Counted from the stretch's first letter, positions 1 through 9,652 are shown. The stretch: DNA of 46,202 nucleotides from Armatimonadia bacterium (GCA_039683575.1 JBDKRC010000181.1:1-46202); one strand, 5' to 3'. Program-made: numbers and translations. Notes: generated by a model from the sequence alone, not told the origin.

Positions 1-419
1 GTGCCCGTGGCGTCGCTGAGGAACTCAACGGCGAAGCCAAGGTGGACCGCCTGACGACTGGTGGTGTCGCAGCACATCTGCGTCATCCAGCCGCAGATGA
101 CCACAGTGTCAATGTGCCGCTCTCGCAGCCATGCCTCGAGGTTGGTGCCGGTGAAGCTCCCCGGAAGTGGCTTCTCGATGACCACCTCATGCGGGCGAGA
201 GAGCACTTCCGCGGGGATCTCCCAACCAGGCGTGCCCTTGCAGAAGATCGGCACAGGCGGGAGAAAGGTCTGCTGGATCAGCACGATCGGGACGCTATGT
301 TCGTGGGCCACGTCCATCGCGAGTTGAATCCCCTCGAAGCTACCCTGGGGATGAGTGATCTCGTGATAGCCAGAGAAGTAGTCATTCTGAACATCAATGA
401 CAAGCAAAGCACGTCTCAT
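1..419 (-). CDS. Cysteine hydrolase / isochorismatase family protein (3' end runs off the window; absent from the ORF track)
   Basis: Manual translation from the ATG at 419 (AGGAG RBS upstream): MRRALLVIDVQNDYF...EKPLPGSFTGTNLEAWLRERHIDTVVICGWMTQMCCDTTSRQAVHLGFAVEFLSDATG. It has the D-K-C catalytic pattern of the family. Confidence 0.92.
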   Translation of the reverse strand, partial: MRRALLVIDVQNDYFSGYHEITHPQGSFEGIQLAMDVAHEHSVPIVLIQQTFLPPVPIFCKGTPGWEIPAEVLSRPHEVVIEKPLPGSFTGTNLEAWLRERHIDTVVICGWMTQMCCDTTSRQAVHLGFAVEFLSDATG

Positions 420-463
420 CGTCTTAGCTCCTGACCAGGGCATGTGTATGACGCCCGCTGAAT

Positions 464-486
464 CGTTTCACGTTTCACGTTTCACG
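464..486. repeat. Heptamer tandem repeat (CGTTTCA)x3
   Basis: Read directly: CGTTTCA CGTTTCA CGTTTCA CG. Confidence 0.8.
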
Positions 487-495
487 CGCCGTCAC

Positions 496-3400
496 TCACT
501 TCATCTCCTCAATCCGCAATTCATCAAACACGGCCTCCCCGGTCCCCTTCACCTGCGCCACCGCATACGCCCCGCCCTGCGGGTCCGGCTCGCCCTTGAT
601 CACATAGCTCACCTTCTGCCACTCGCCCGTCCCCTTCGTCCACGGCAGCACCTTGCCGTAGAACTTCCCGCCGACCACCCACTCGACATAGATCCGGAAC
701 TCCGTCTCAGGCTTCGCCTTCACCCACGCGCTGAAGGTATACTGCTTGCCGCCCACGATCCCCGCCCCGCGCTGCACCACCAGCGGCGCCGCCTCTCCGC
801 CGATTGCCTTGATCCGCAAGGCCTGCTTGCCGGCATGAGCCTCCGGCACCAGCGACACTGTCAGCGGCGTATTCGCATTCCACGCCTCGGGCATCCCATC
901 TTCGTCGGCGTCAGCTTCAAATCCGCCGTTGAGGATCTCATTCCCAGGCTCTTCGAGCTGCGCTCCGGTCTTCGGCGCCGGGTTCTTCCACTCCGCCGAG
1001 AAGTCCTTGCGCACGTCCCTGAGGCCCATGTCATCACTCAGAACCGCCACGCCATACCCCGCCAGATCAACACTCATGCGTCCCTTCGCTACCGCCACGT
1101 CCTGCCCCTCAAACAGCCGCCGCGCCTTCGTGCCCTTCATCGTCGGCACGACCAGTGCCACCTTGACCGGCTCCGCCAACTCGTTGACCACTATCACATA
1201 GTCATGCCCATCCAGCCGCTTCTGCAGTAGCCGTACTCCCGCCCTCCGCGTCACGAGCGCCGCCTTGTCCTTCCCCTCATACTTCTCCGCCGCCAACACC
1301 CCTTGCAGCGCCGACAGTTCACTCGTCAGCGTCTTAAGCTCCGACCAGAACTGCGAAGGCTTCTGGGTATAGTGCGTCCCCCAGTACAGTATGCCATTGG
1401 CCCCGTGCACGATGCTCTGGTACGCCATGAACCGCGACTGCTCAAACGTCGGCATGACCGCCTGCACCGGCTGGCCTTTCTTCTTCGATAGCTCACCCCA
1501 GCCAAACCCCTGCAGCACCATGAACACCGGCTTCTCGCCATTCACCGCCGCCATGTTCTTGTCAGTCTCATCACCCACGACGCTGATTGCCTTGTTGGGC
1601 AGGTCAGACTGCGTCTGCGGCTCGGGCACCGGGTAAATATCCGCCCCGCCAATATCCGTCGCCCGGTTGAAGTGCGCCAACTCGGGGATCGTGTTCCGCG
1701 GCGCATGGTTCGTCCAGATCGGTCGCTGCTGATCGATCTCTCTCAGGTAGCAGTACCCGTCGTACAGCCCCTCCGCGCTCTGGCTGCCCCAGGCGGGCTC
1801 GTCAATGCTCTCCCACAGCAGAAGCGCCGGGTGGGCCCCGATGCCCTCCGCCACGTCCTTAAGTTGCGCCCGCTTCTTCTCCGCGTCCTTGGAAAAGTCC
1901 AGCAAGCTCCCCATTGAAACCCAGAACCTCGCCCCGTGCTGCTGCGCCATATCCAAAAGCGGCAGCAGCGTCGAGCCGGCCGCTGTGTGCGCAATGAACA
2001 GATCAAACCCCGCCTCACGCAGCCTCTTCATGTAAGTCTCGGTACCCGGGCTCTCATAGATCCCCAGCGGGAATATGGGCTTCCCCTGCGCGATCAACAT
2101 GTTGTCGCTCTGCCGTATCGTCACCAGCCGCTGCTTAACACTGTCATCCCGCAGCACCGCAAACTGCAGCGTCTGCGCGAGCGCCACCTTACCAGCCTTA
2201 TCGAGTATCGCCGCCTCAACAACATACTGCCCCCTCGGCAACCCCGCCGTACCAAACCGCAACTCCCCCACAAACCCAGCCACCTTCTTCTCCGCAATCA
2301 TTCCGGCTGTAGGGCGGGGGCTCGTACCCCGCCGTCCGTTGCCGTCGCCGTGTGGAGCGCGGGCATCCCTGCCCGCAGCCGTTGCCTCTCCCTCCGCCTT
2401 TGCAGTTGCCGTTGCCTTTGCCTCCGCCGTCTCTCCCCCCTGCTTCCCGACCTCTGACACCTGACACCTGACCCTATACTTCCCCAGCTCCCCCTTCGGC
2501 ACATTAACCTGGTACCGCACCACAACATCATCCCGGTAGAACGACTTGAACACCGAGAACTCCGCTACCGGCGACACGCCCATTGCCCGCCCGACCACCG
2601 CCACGAGCCGCGTCCCATCCAGCACCTGTACCGTCAGCGGATGATTCCCCGCCACCGGTATGACATACTTAACCTCGCGCTCAACCGTCTGCCCCGGCGC
2701 CACAGTCCCCAGCGGCTCTTCAATGTCCCACTCATTGGCCGAGGGCTTGTACCGCGGCACGTGCAGCTTCAAGGTCAGGTTCCGCGGCCCGTCCCCGGTG
2801 TTGCGCACGGTCGCCTTCAGACTGTTCGCCCCGATCAGCCCCTGTCCCCAGTCCTTCACTCCAAGCTCCACATAGAAGGGCTTCAGGTCGGGCGTAAGCG
2901 TAACCCGCCCAAAGCTTGCGGGGGCCCCGAATTTCGCCGTTGGCGCCCAGCATGACAGCTCCCCGTCCGCCGCCCGCTCGCGGCAGATATTCAGCCCCCA
3001 CTCACTCTTCACAAGGGGGGAGACGCCCAGCGTAGCAAACGGCAGCGCCACCTCGGCCGACCAGAAGTCGGCTCCGCGCGCCACCTTGACCTGCCACAGC
3101 CCGTTCCAGGTCATCGACATCCCCACCGCGTCGCCCATCAAGTCCGCCTGCGTGCCCAGCGGGTTGAAGGCGAACTGCAGCATGGCGAAATTGGTCTTTG
3201 CCGGGTCCACAAAGATCTCAATGACATCCTCATTGAAGACCTTCCCGTCCCGCTCAGTAACAGTCGCCGCCAGCTTGTCCATCTGGCTCTCATGGGCCTT
3301 AACGGCGATGTACAGATTGTCATCATCATATGCCAGCCAGGCCTCAGTCTGCTGCTTCGCCTTCGCATCCTCTCCCAGCACCGAAAAGTCGCGAATCGGC

Positions 3401-3540
3401 GCCACGCCCGCCCAGACGGCCTCCGTGAGCTTCCCATCCAGCGCTATCGGCTTATCAAGCCGGACCGCAGTAGCCACCGGCGCCGCCGCCACCACCGAAG
3501 CCGCAACAGCAATGACCAGCACAGCAACCAAAGCACGCAT
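496..3540 (-). CDS. Secreted multidomain carbohydrate-active protein: signal peptide, CBM9-like domain, Ig-like domains, glycoside-hydrolase-like TIM barrel, C-terminal CBM4/9-like domain
   Basis: N-terminal signal peptide; IALDGKLTEAVW...AYDDDNLYIAV...WSAEVALPF (CBM9-like); WESIDEP and GADIYPVP (GH-A-like barrel); ILNGGFE...AHAGKQAL...GEWQKV (CBM4/9-like). AGGAG RBS upstream. Confidence 0.8.
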   Translation of the reverse strand: MRALVAVLVIAVAASVVAAAPVATAVRLDKPIALDGKLTEAVWAGVAPIRDFSVLGEDAKAKQQTEAWLAYDDDNLYIAVKAHESQMDKLAATVTERDGKVFNEDVIEIFVDPAKTNFAMLQFAFNPLGTQADLMGDAVGMSMTWNGLWQVKVARGADFWSAEVALPFATLGVSPLVKSEWGLNICRERAADGELSCWAPTAKFGAPASFGRVTLTPDLKPFYVELGVKDWGQGLIGANSLKATVRNTGDGPRNLTLKLHVPRYKPSANEWDIEEPLGTVAPGQTVEREVKYVIPVAGNHPLTVQVLDGTRLVAVVGRAMGVSPVAEFSVFKSFYRDDVVVRYQVNVPKGELGKYRVRCQVSEVGKQGGETAEAKATATAKAEGEATAAGRDARAPHGDGNGRRGTSPRPTAGMIAEKKVAGFVGELRFGTAGLPRGQYVVEAAILDKAGKVALAQTLQFAVLRDDSVKQRLVTIRQSDNMLIAQGKPIFPLGIYESPGTETYMKRLREAGFDLFIAHTAAGSTLLPLLDMAQQHGARFWVSMGSLLDFSKDAEKKRAQLKDVAEGIGAHPALLLWESIDEPAWGSQSAEGLYDGYCYLREIDQQRPIWTNHAPRNTIPELAHFNRATDIGGADIYPVPEPQTQSDLPNKAISVVGDETDKNMAAVNGEKPVFMVLQGFGWGELSKKKGQPVQAVMPTFEQSRFMAYQSIVHGANGILYWGTHYTQKPSQFWSELKTLTSELSALQGVLAAEKYEGKDKAALVTRRAGVRLLQKRLDGHDYVIVVNELAEPVKVALVVPTMKGTKARRLFEGQDVAVAKGRMSVDLAGYGVAVLSDDMGLRDVRKDFSAEWKNPAPKTGAQLEEPGNEILNGGFEADADEDGMPEAWNANTPLTVSLVPEAHAGKQALRIKAIGGEAAPLVVQRGAGIVGGKQYTFSAWVKAKPETEFRIYVEWVVGGKFYGKVLPWTKGTGEWQKVSYVIKGEPDPQGGAYAVAQVKGTGEAVFDELRIEEMK
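2309..2376 (+). repeat. Composite REP (family A GTAGGGCGGGGGCTCGTACCCCGCCG plus family B GTGGAGCGCGGGCATCCCTGCCCGC) lying in-frame within the CDS
   Basis: The family A unit is the exact reverse complement of the intergenic copy at 36666-36691. The B+A arrangement also occurs intergenically at 7392-7473. Confidence 0.9.
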
Positions 3541-3585
3541 AGCAGTCTCCTTCAGCCGTTTTCAAGTCCTCGGAAGCCCAACCGC

Positions 3586-3675
3586 GCCTCCGGCCCTGTC
3601 GTAATCCGCAAAGCGTTTCGCCCAAAACGATGATGCCTCCGGCCCGCCGTTGTCCACGAAGCGTTTCGCCCAAAA
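3586..3675. repeat. Degenerate ~49-bp tandem duplication (GCCTCCGGCCC...AAGCGTTTCGCCCAAAA x2)
   Basis: AAGCGTTTCGCCCAAAA at 3611 and 3659; GCCTCCGGCCC at 3586 and 3635. Confidence 0.75.
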
Positions 3676-3757
3676 TGGGGACGGAGCCTTCGCGCCGACG
3701 CTACCTTTGGTGGTACTAACCAAGCCTAACCGGCGCGAAGGCTCCGTCCCCATTTTG
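3671..3757. repeat. REPIN/MITE-like element, family E (27-bp perfect inverted repeat CAAAATGGGGACGGAGCCTTCGCGCCG)
   Basis: Arms at 3671-3697 and 3731-3757. A second copy lies in opposite orientation at 9325-9412. Confidence 0.9.
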
Positions 3758-3832
3758 ACCACACCATGATGCCTGGCGGCCTCCCGTCAACTCCCCCTGA
3801 ACACCCCTCAACCCCAGCCTGTCAGAACCTAC

Positions 3833-4507
3833 ATGCTACACGATTCGCCACAACATCGAAATCGCCTCCATGCCCTCGCAGATCGCGCTGAGGCCGGGCG
3901 GCTGCTGGCTGAGATGCTCGAACGCTACCGTGGCACTGAGGCCCTCGTGCTTGCCATCCCTGCCGGTGGCGTGCCGGTCGCCTACGAGATTGCCCGCACC
4001 CTCGAACTGCCTCTCGACGTGGCCGTTGTCAGCAAAATCACTCTTCCCTGGAGCACCGAGGCCGGCTACGGCGCGGTGGCCTGGGATGGCACCGTGAAGC
4101 TCAATCAGCAGTGGCTGCCCAGCCTGGGGCTGACGAAGGATGAGATAGATCAGGGCATCGCCCGGACCACCGACAAGGTGCGGCGGAGGACGGAGTCGTT
4201 ACGAGGTGGGAGGGAGTTTCCGGAGGTGTCGCGGCGAACCGTCATTGTCGTTGATGACGGGCTCGCGTCGGGGTTCACGATGCGGGTCGCGATTGAGGCT
4301 TTGACAAAGGCGGGGGCGAGTCAGATAGTCGTGGCGGTGCCGACTGCTTTGGAGGAGATCGCCGAGGAGATCAACCGCCTGGTAGATGATCTATATTGTA
4401 TAAACCTGCGCGACTCGCGGCCCTTTGCGGTGGCTGATGCATATAGAAAATGGTATGACGTCTCAGAAGATGAAGCCGCGAACCTGCTGATGGCTCTGGC
4501 GACCTAA
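3833..4507 (+). CDS. Phosphoribosyltransferase family protein
   Basis: DRAEAGRLLA, LAIPAGGVPVA, and the PRPP-binding motif VIVVDDGLASGFT. Confidence 0.9.
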   Translation: MLHDSPQHRNRLHALADRAEAGRLLAEMLERYRGTEALVLAIPAGGVPVAYEIARTLELPLDVAVVSKITLPWSTEAGYGAVAWDGTVKLNQQWLPSLGLTKDEIDQGIARTTDKVRRRTESLRGGREFPEVSRRTVIVVDDGLASGFTMRVAIEALTKAGASQIVVAVPTALEEIAEEINRLVDDLYCINLRDSRPFAVADAYRKWYDVSEDEAANLLMALAT

Positions 4508-4850
4508 TCGGCACCACTGCGGACCGGCGAGAACCCGAAAACCCCGGAAAATGCCCTCTACGTGGCTCCTGACGGCATTTGATACCGTCCCATTCGCCAA
4601 AACGCCCGGAGAGTGCCCTCAGCGCCACACAGAGCCCACTTTCTCATCCCCGAAATGCCCGCAGATTCCGCGTTCTGATCAACTGGTCACTTCTGCTACT
4701 GCAGAAAGCGCTCTCAGGCCCCTCTACGGGCCTCTGAGGGCGAGTCGCAACCCGTACAAATCGCGTACGCCACGCAAAGCCACTTCACAGCCCCACAGCC
4801 CCGAATCAGACTCGCCCAAAAATCAGAACTGAATCACTAACTGCCGGGTT

Positions 4851-5912
4851 TCAGTCCAGACCCAACGTCAACTCCGGCGCCGCCGGCGGGGCCTGCGGCG
4901 GGGTCAGACCCAGGTGCTCATACGCCCTCTCCGTCGTTTGTCTACCACGAGAGGTGCGAATGATGAACCCGATCTTCAGCAGGTACGGTTCGACCACATC
5001 CTCCAGCGTCCCGGCATCCTCTGCCAGCGTCGCCGCCAGCGCATTTAGCCCCACGGGCCCACCCCGGTAGTAGTCAATGATGGTCAGCAGGTACTTGCGG
5101 TCCAGCGGGTCCAGGCCCTGCTCATCCACTCCCATGGCCGTCAGCGCCTCGGAGGCGACGTTCTGGGTCACGTTGCCATCGCTGCGCACCTGGGCGAAGT
5201 CCCGCACCCGCCGCAGGAGGCGGTTGACGATGCGGGCCGTGCCGCGAGACCGTGCCGCGATCTCATGGCAGCCCCCGGCGTCTACCGGGATCTCAAGCAG
5301 TCTGGCCGCCCGCATGACGATCTTCTCGAGCTGCTCAGTGGTATAGAAATCGAGGTGGTGGAATATGCCAAAACGCTCTCTGAGCGGCGCTGTGAGCATC
5401 CCAGCCCGTGTTGTGGCCCCGATGATGGTGAAGGGCTCGATGGTCAGGGGGATGGTTTTGGCGTATGGCCCCTTGTCCACGATGAAGTCAATCCGGAAGT
5501 CCTCCATGGCGGGGTAGAGGTACTCCTCAACCACATGCGGGAGGCGGTGAATTTCATCTATGAAGAGTATGTCGCCGCGCTTCAGATTGGTCAGCAGGCC
5601 AACCAGATCGGTCGCGCGCTCAAGCGCCGGGCCCGAGGTGCGGTGCAGGTCCGCGCCCATCTCATTGCTGATGATATGGGCCAAAGTGGTCTTCCCCAGC
5701 CCGGGAGGCCCGTCGAACAGAATGTGCTCCAGCACGTCCCCACGGCCCTTAGCGGCGGCTATGGCGACTTTGAGGTTATCAATCAGCCGTTCCTGGCCGA
5801 CATCGTACTCATCAAGGGTCTGAGGCCGAAGAGTAAGAACTTCCTCGCTGTCCTCGATCCGCTCATGACCGCTGATGATGCGCTCTCTGCCGGGATCGTC
5901 ATGCTGCGACAT
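4851..5912 (-). CDS. ruvB: Holliday junction branch migration helicase RuvB
   Basis: LRPQTLDEY, Walker A GPPGLGKTTLA, ILFIDEIHRL, GATTRAGMLTAPLRERFG, GGPVGL, EPYLL. Confidence 0.98.
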   Translation of the reverse strand: MSQHDDPGRERIISGHERIEDSEEVLTLRPQTLDEYDVGQERLIDNLKVAIAAAKGRGDVLEHILFDGPPGLGKTTLAHIISNEMGADLHRTSGPALERATDLVGLLTNLKRGDILFIDEIHRLPHVVEEYLYPAMEDFRIDFIVDKGPYAKTIPLTIEPFTIIGATTRAGMLTAPLRERFGIFHHLDFYTTEQLEKIVMRAARLLEIPVDAGGCHEIAARSRGTARIVNRLLRRVRDFAQVRSDGNVTQNVASEALTAMGVDEQGLDPLDRKYLLTIIDYYRGGPVGLNALAATLAEDAGTLEDVVEPYLLKIGFIIRTSRGRQTTERAYEHLGLTPPQAPPAAPELTLGLD

Positions 5913-5949
5913 TCGGGGCTCACTTTCTTACGGTATCGCCGATTCGGTT

Positions 5950-6029
5950 GCCTGTAGGAGCGCTCACCAGAGCGCGATCCGCACACCACCAAGGCCCCGG
6001 ATCGCGCTCTGGTGAGCGCTCCTACAGGC
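5950..6029. repeat. REPIN, family D (32-bp perfect inverted repeat GCCTGTAGGAGCGCTCACCAGAGCGCGATCCG)
   Basis: Arms at 5950-5981 and 5998-6029, lying between ruvA and ruvB. Confidence 0.92.
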
Positions 6030-6046
6030 CGCGTTGGTGGCGTCAG

Positions 6047-6070
6047 GTCGGGGTCAGTGCCCCCTCCCAC
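6047..6070 (-). repeat. Degenerate REP, family F (GTGGGAGGGG...GACCCC)
   Basis: GTCGGGGTCAGTGCCCCCTCCCAC resembles 19502-19523 and 27261-27285. Confidence 0.55.
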
Positions 6071-6074
6071 GGAG

Positions 6075-6692
6075 TTAGCGCCGGAAGACGGACTTGACTA
6101 TCTCGTCGGCGGTCTTGGCTTCTGGATGGGCCTCTCTGAGCCGCAGGACGGCGCTGAGGGCATCTGAGCGGTTCATGCCCAGTTGCTCCAGGACCAGCAG
6201 GGCCTGCTCTTCGGCGTCGGATTCGGGTGGGCCGGAGGGGGCTCTGATGGCCTCGACCTCGGTTACATCCACGAACCTGCCTACCTTGCCCTGCAGCGTC
6301 GCTACGATGTCCTTGGCCTTCTGCGGGCCCACGCCCGGGAGGGACCGCAGCATCTTCGTATCGCCGATTTCGATGGCCTTGGCATAGGTCGAGACCGGGA
6401 TGTTGATCGAGCGAATCGCGCCTCGGGGGCCGAACCTGGGGACGTCCAGCAGCTTTTCGAAGAAGTCCCGCTGGGGCGGGGTCTCGAAGCCCAGTAGCAC
6501 CGGAATCCCCTTGGCCTGGTCAATCTGCAGAAAGTGGTAGGTATACAGTTCCACTTCGGCGCCGAGTTCGCGTTCGGCCATGCGCTCGGCCACCGACGGC
6601 GGCAAGGTGATCTCGTAGGCCAGGCCGGCAACCTCGAGTTCGATGGTTTCAGGGCCGTAGCCCACAATATGCCCGCGGACGCGGCGGATCAT
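6075..6692 (-). CDS. ruvA: Holliday junction DNA-binding protein RuvA (start moved to ATG 6692)
   Basis: MIRRVRG..., LYTY, HhH motifs VPRFGPR and LPGVGPQKA. Lies between ruvC and ruvB. ATGA overlap with the ruvC stop and a GGAGG RBS support the start. Confidence 0.93.
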   Translation of the reverse strand: MIRRVRGHIVGYGPETIELEVAGLAYEITLPPSVAERMAERELGAEVELYTYHFLQIDQAKGIPVLLGFETPPQRDFFEKLLDVPRFGPRGAIRSINIPVSTYAKAIEIGDTKMLRSLPGVGPQKAKDIVATLQGKVGRFVDVTEVEAIRAPSGPPESDAEEQALLVLEQLGMNRSDALSAVLRLREAHPEAKTADEIVKSVFRR

Positions 6693-7210
6693 CGGCGGCC
6701 TCCGGTGAGGTGATCGAGATTGCGAGTGCGGCTGGTGAGGCGCATGGGGCTGGCGTGGCAAACCGCGAGCGCGAGGGCGTCGGTGACGTCCTCGGGGCTC
6801 GGCGGCGTGGCGAGGCCGAGCAGGTGGCAGACCATGTGGGCGACCTGCGTCTTGGTGGCCCGGCCGTTGCCGGTCAGGGACTTCTTGACCAGCGAGGCCT
6901 CGTAGCCGCAGTAGGTCAGGCCAAGCTGTCCGGCGGCGAGCAGGATGGTGCCGCGGGCGTGGCCCATAAGTATGGCCGTGCGCGGGTGCTCGTACTTGGA
7001 GTAGAGCTCCTCGACGGCGAGGCAGTCCGGCGCAAATTCGCGCATGACGGCGCTGATGCCGTCGTAGAGGGCAATCAGGCGACGGTCGAGGGAGAGCTTG
7101 GCGTCAGTGCGCACTACCCCGCCCTCAAGGAGGACGAGGCGACCGGAGGTGGCTTCAATCAAGCCGTAGCCGGTGGTCTGGAGGCCGGGATCAACGCCGA
7201 GGATGCGCAT
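6689..7210 (-). CDS. ruvC: Crossover junction endodeoxyribonuclease RuvC
   Basis: MRILGVDPGLQTTGYG, AVEEL, VKKSLTGNGRATKTQV, DVTDALALA. Confidence 0.97.
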   Translation of the reverse strand: MRILGVDPGLQTTGYGLIEATSGRLVLLEGGVVRTDAKLSLDRRLIALYDGISAVMREFAPDCLAVEELYSKYEHPRTAILMGHARGTILLAAGQLGLTYCGYEASLVKKSLTGNGRATKTQVAHMVCHLLGLATPPSPEDVTDALALAVCHASPMRLTSRTRNLDHLTGGRR

Positions 7211-7217
7211 GGTGGGG

Positions 7218-7226
7218 ATTATAGCA
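7218..7226 (-). promoter_or_regulatory. Extended -10 promoter TGCTATAAT, 7 nt before the ruvC ATG (leaderless candidate)
   Basis: Minus strand reads TGCTATAATCCCCACC-ATG, with no Shine-Dalgarno. Confidence 0.7.
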
Positions 7227-7243
7227 CTGGAGAGGGAAAAGGC

Positions 7244-7271
7244 GAAAACAGAAAACAGAAAACGGAAAACA
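7244..7271. repeat. Heptamer tandem repeat (GAAAACA/G)x4
   Basis: Read directly. Confidence 0.8.
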
Positions 7272-7391
7272 GGGAGAGGGGAATGGCGGTGAGCGAGGAG
7301 GAGGATGTGGCTAGGGTGGGTCGGGGATGACGGCGGGCCGGCTAAAGCTCGGCCCCTCCGACGGCGCGGAGGGTGGTCGGGGATAACGGCG

Positions 7392-7473
7392 GCGGGCAGG
7401 GATGCCCGCGTACCTACGGCAACGGCGCGGCGGGGTACGAGCCCCCTGCGACGATGACGTCGCTACGCCCTAC
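7392..7473 (-). repeat. Composite REP (family B plus family A); the family A unit is interrupted by a 20-nt mini-hairpin at 7447-7466
   Basis: GCGGGCAGGGATGCCCGCGTACCTAC...CGGCGGGGTACGAGCCCCC[TGCGACGATGACGTCGCTAC]GCCCTAC. Confidence 0.88.
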
Positions 7474-7480
7474 AGCCTGG

Positions 7481-8194
7481 CTACTCGGCTAGGACCTGTA
7501 GGCAGAGGTCGAGATGGTCGGTCAGGATGTAGTCTACGTTGGCTCTGATCAGCTTGCGCATCATGTCGGCTTCGGAGGTGCCGAACCAGTTTACCTTGAC
7601 GTTGTGCTGGTGGAGCTTTCTGGTGGCCTCGGCGAGGTTATCGGACCAGCCGCAGATCTGGATGTATTCGGCGCCCATGGCTATCGTGAGGTCGGGATAG
7701 TCGCTGTCGGCGCTGCGTTGGCCTTCGAGATTGCAGATGCGGATGGCGGGGTCGGTGGCGCGGGCGATATCGGTGTGGGCTTTGGGGCAGGCGAGGAAGC
7801 ATTGGTCCATCAGGTTGAAGGCTTTGATGCGCTCGATGACGCGCGGGACGTACTGAGGGGCGAGGTAGAGCTGGACGTTGACCTCCACGCCCGCGGGCAC
7901 GAGAGTGAGGATTTCGTCGAAGGTGGGGAGCTTTGTGCCTGCAAAGCGGGCATCCTTCCAGCTTCCGGCATCGAGGGCGCGGATTTGCGCGAAGGTGAGG
8001 TCGGTGGTCTTGCCGGAGCCGTTGGTGGTGCGATCGACCGTCTCGTCGTGCAGGACGATGATCTCCTCGTCAGAGGTGACGCGGAGGTCGAATTCGATCT
8101 GCGGCGCGCCCTTTTCGAGGGCGAGTTCGAAGGCCGGGAGGGTGTTTTCGGGGGCGCAGTGGTTGTCACCGCGATGGGCGCAGGCGTAAGTCAT
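7481..8194 (-). CDS. Glycerophosphodiester phosphodiesterase family protein
   Basis: AHRG...APENTLPAF, IEFDLR, LHDETVDRTTNGSG, DYILTD. Confidence 0.95.
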   Translation of the reverse strand: MTYACAHRGDNHCAPENTLPAFELALEKGAPQIEFDLRVTSDEEIIVLHDETVDRTTNGSGKTTDLTFAQIRALDAGSWKDARFAGTKLPTFDEILTLVPAGVEVNVQLYLAPQYVPRVIERIKAFNLMDQCFLACPKAHTDIARATDPAIRICNLEGQRSADSDYPDLTIAMGAEYIQICGWSDNLAEATRKLHQHNVKVNWFGTSEADMMRKLIRANVDYILTDHLDLCLQVLAE

Positions 8195-8200
8195 GGGAGG

Positions 8201-9324
<1,124 letters not shown>

Positions 9325-9327
<3 letters not shown>

Positions 9328-9412
9328 AATGGGGACGGAGCCTGCGCGCGAGGGTTGGAGAGAGGGTTCTGGCGAGAGGAAGGTGGCGCGCGAAGGCTCC
9401 GTCCCCATTTTG
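9325..9412. repeat. REPIN/MITE-like element, family E (26-bp inverted repeat, 1 mismatch)
   Basis: CAAAATGGGGACGGAGCCTGCGCGCG ... CGCGCGAAGGCTCCGTCCCCATTTTG. Confidence 0.9.
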
Positions 9413-9465
9413 GGCGGATGGGTTGTCGTGGATAGAGGCGAGAGGCATGTCGGGGTGGGCCGGGG

Positions 9466-9551
9466 GGAAATGGGGACAGACACCATTTTCACTTGTGGGT
9501 TTGTGGGAGGAGTTGGGGAAGGTTGTGAAAGTGGTGTCAGTCCCCATTTCC
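9466..9551. repeat. Related inverted-repeat element E2 (27-bp arms GGAAATGGGGACAGACACCATTTTCAC, 2 mismatches)
   Basis: Arms at 9466-9492 and 9525-9551; shares AAATGGGGAC with family E. Confidence 0.85.
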
Positions 9552-9598
9552 GTGGTGGGCCGGCGACGCGGACGGCGCTTTGCGCTCCACGGCGAGAG

Positions 9599-9643
9599 GC
9601 GGGCAGGATGCCCTGCGACGCGGACGTCGCCCCGCGCACCTAC
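9599..9643 (-). repeat. Family B REP interrupted by a 20-nt mini-hairpin at 9614-9633
   Basis: GCGGGCAGGATGCCC[TGCGACGCGGACGTCGCCCC]GCGCACCTAC. Confidence 0.85.
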
Positions 9644-9652
9644 GGCAACGGC

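Noticed and set aside
3600-4850. oriC at the skew switch
   Set aside because: No dnaA or dnaN, no cluster of TTATCCACA boxes (only a 2-mismatch TTGTCCACG near 3650), and no AT-rich unwinding element.
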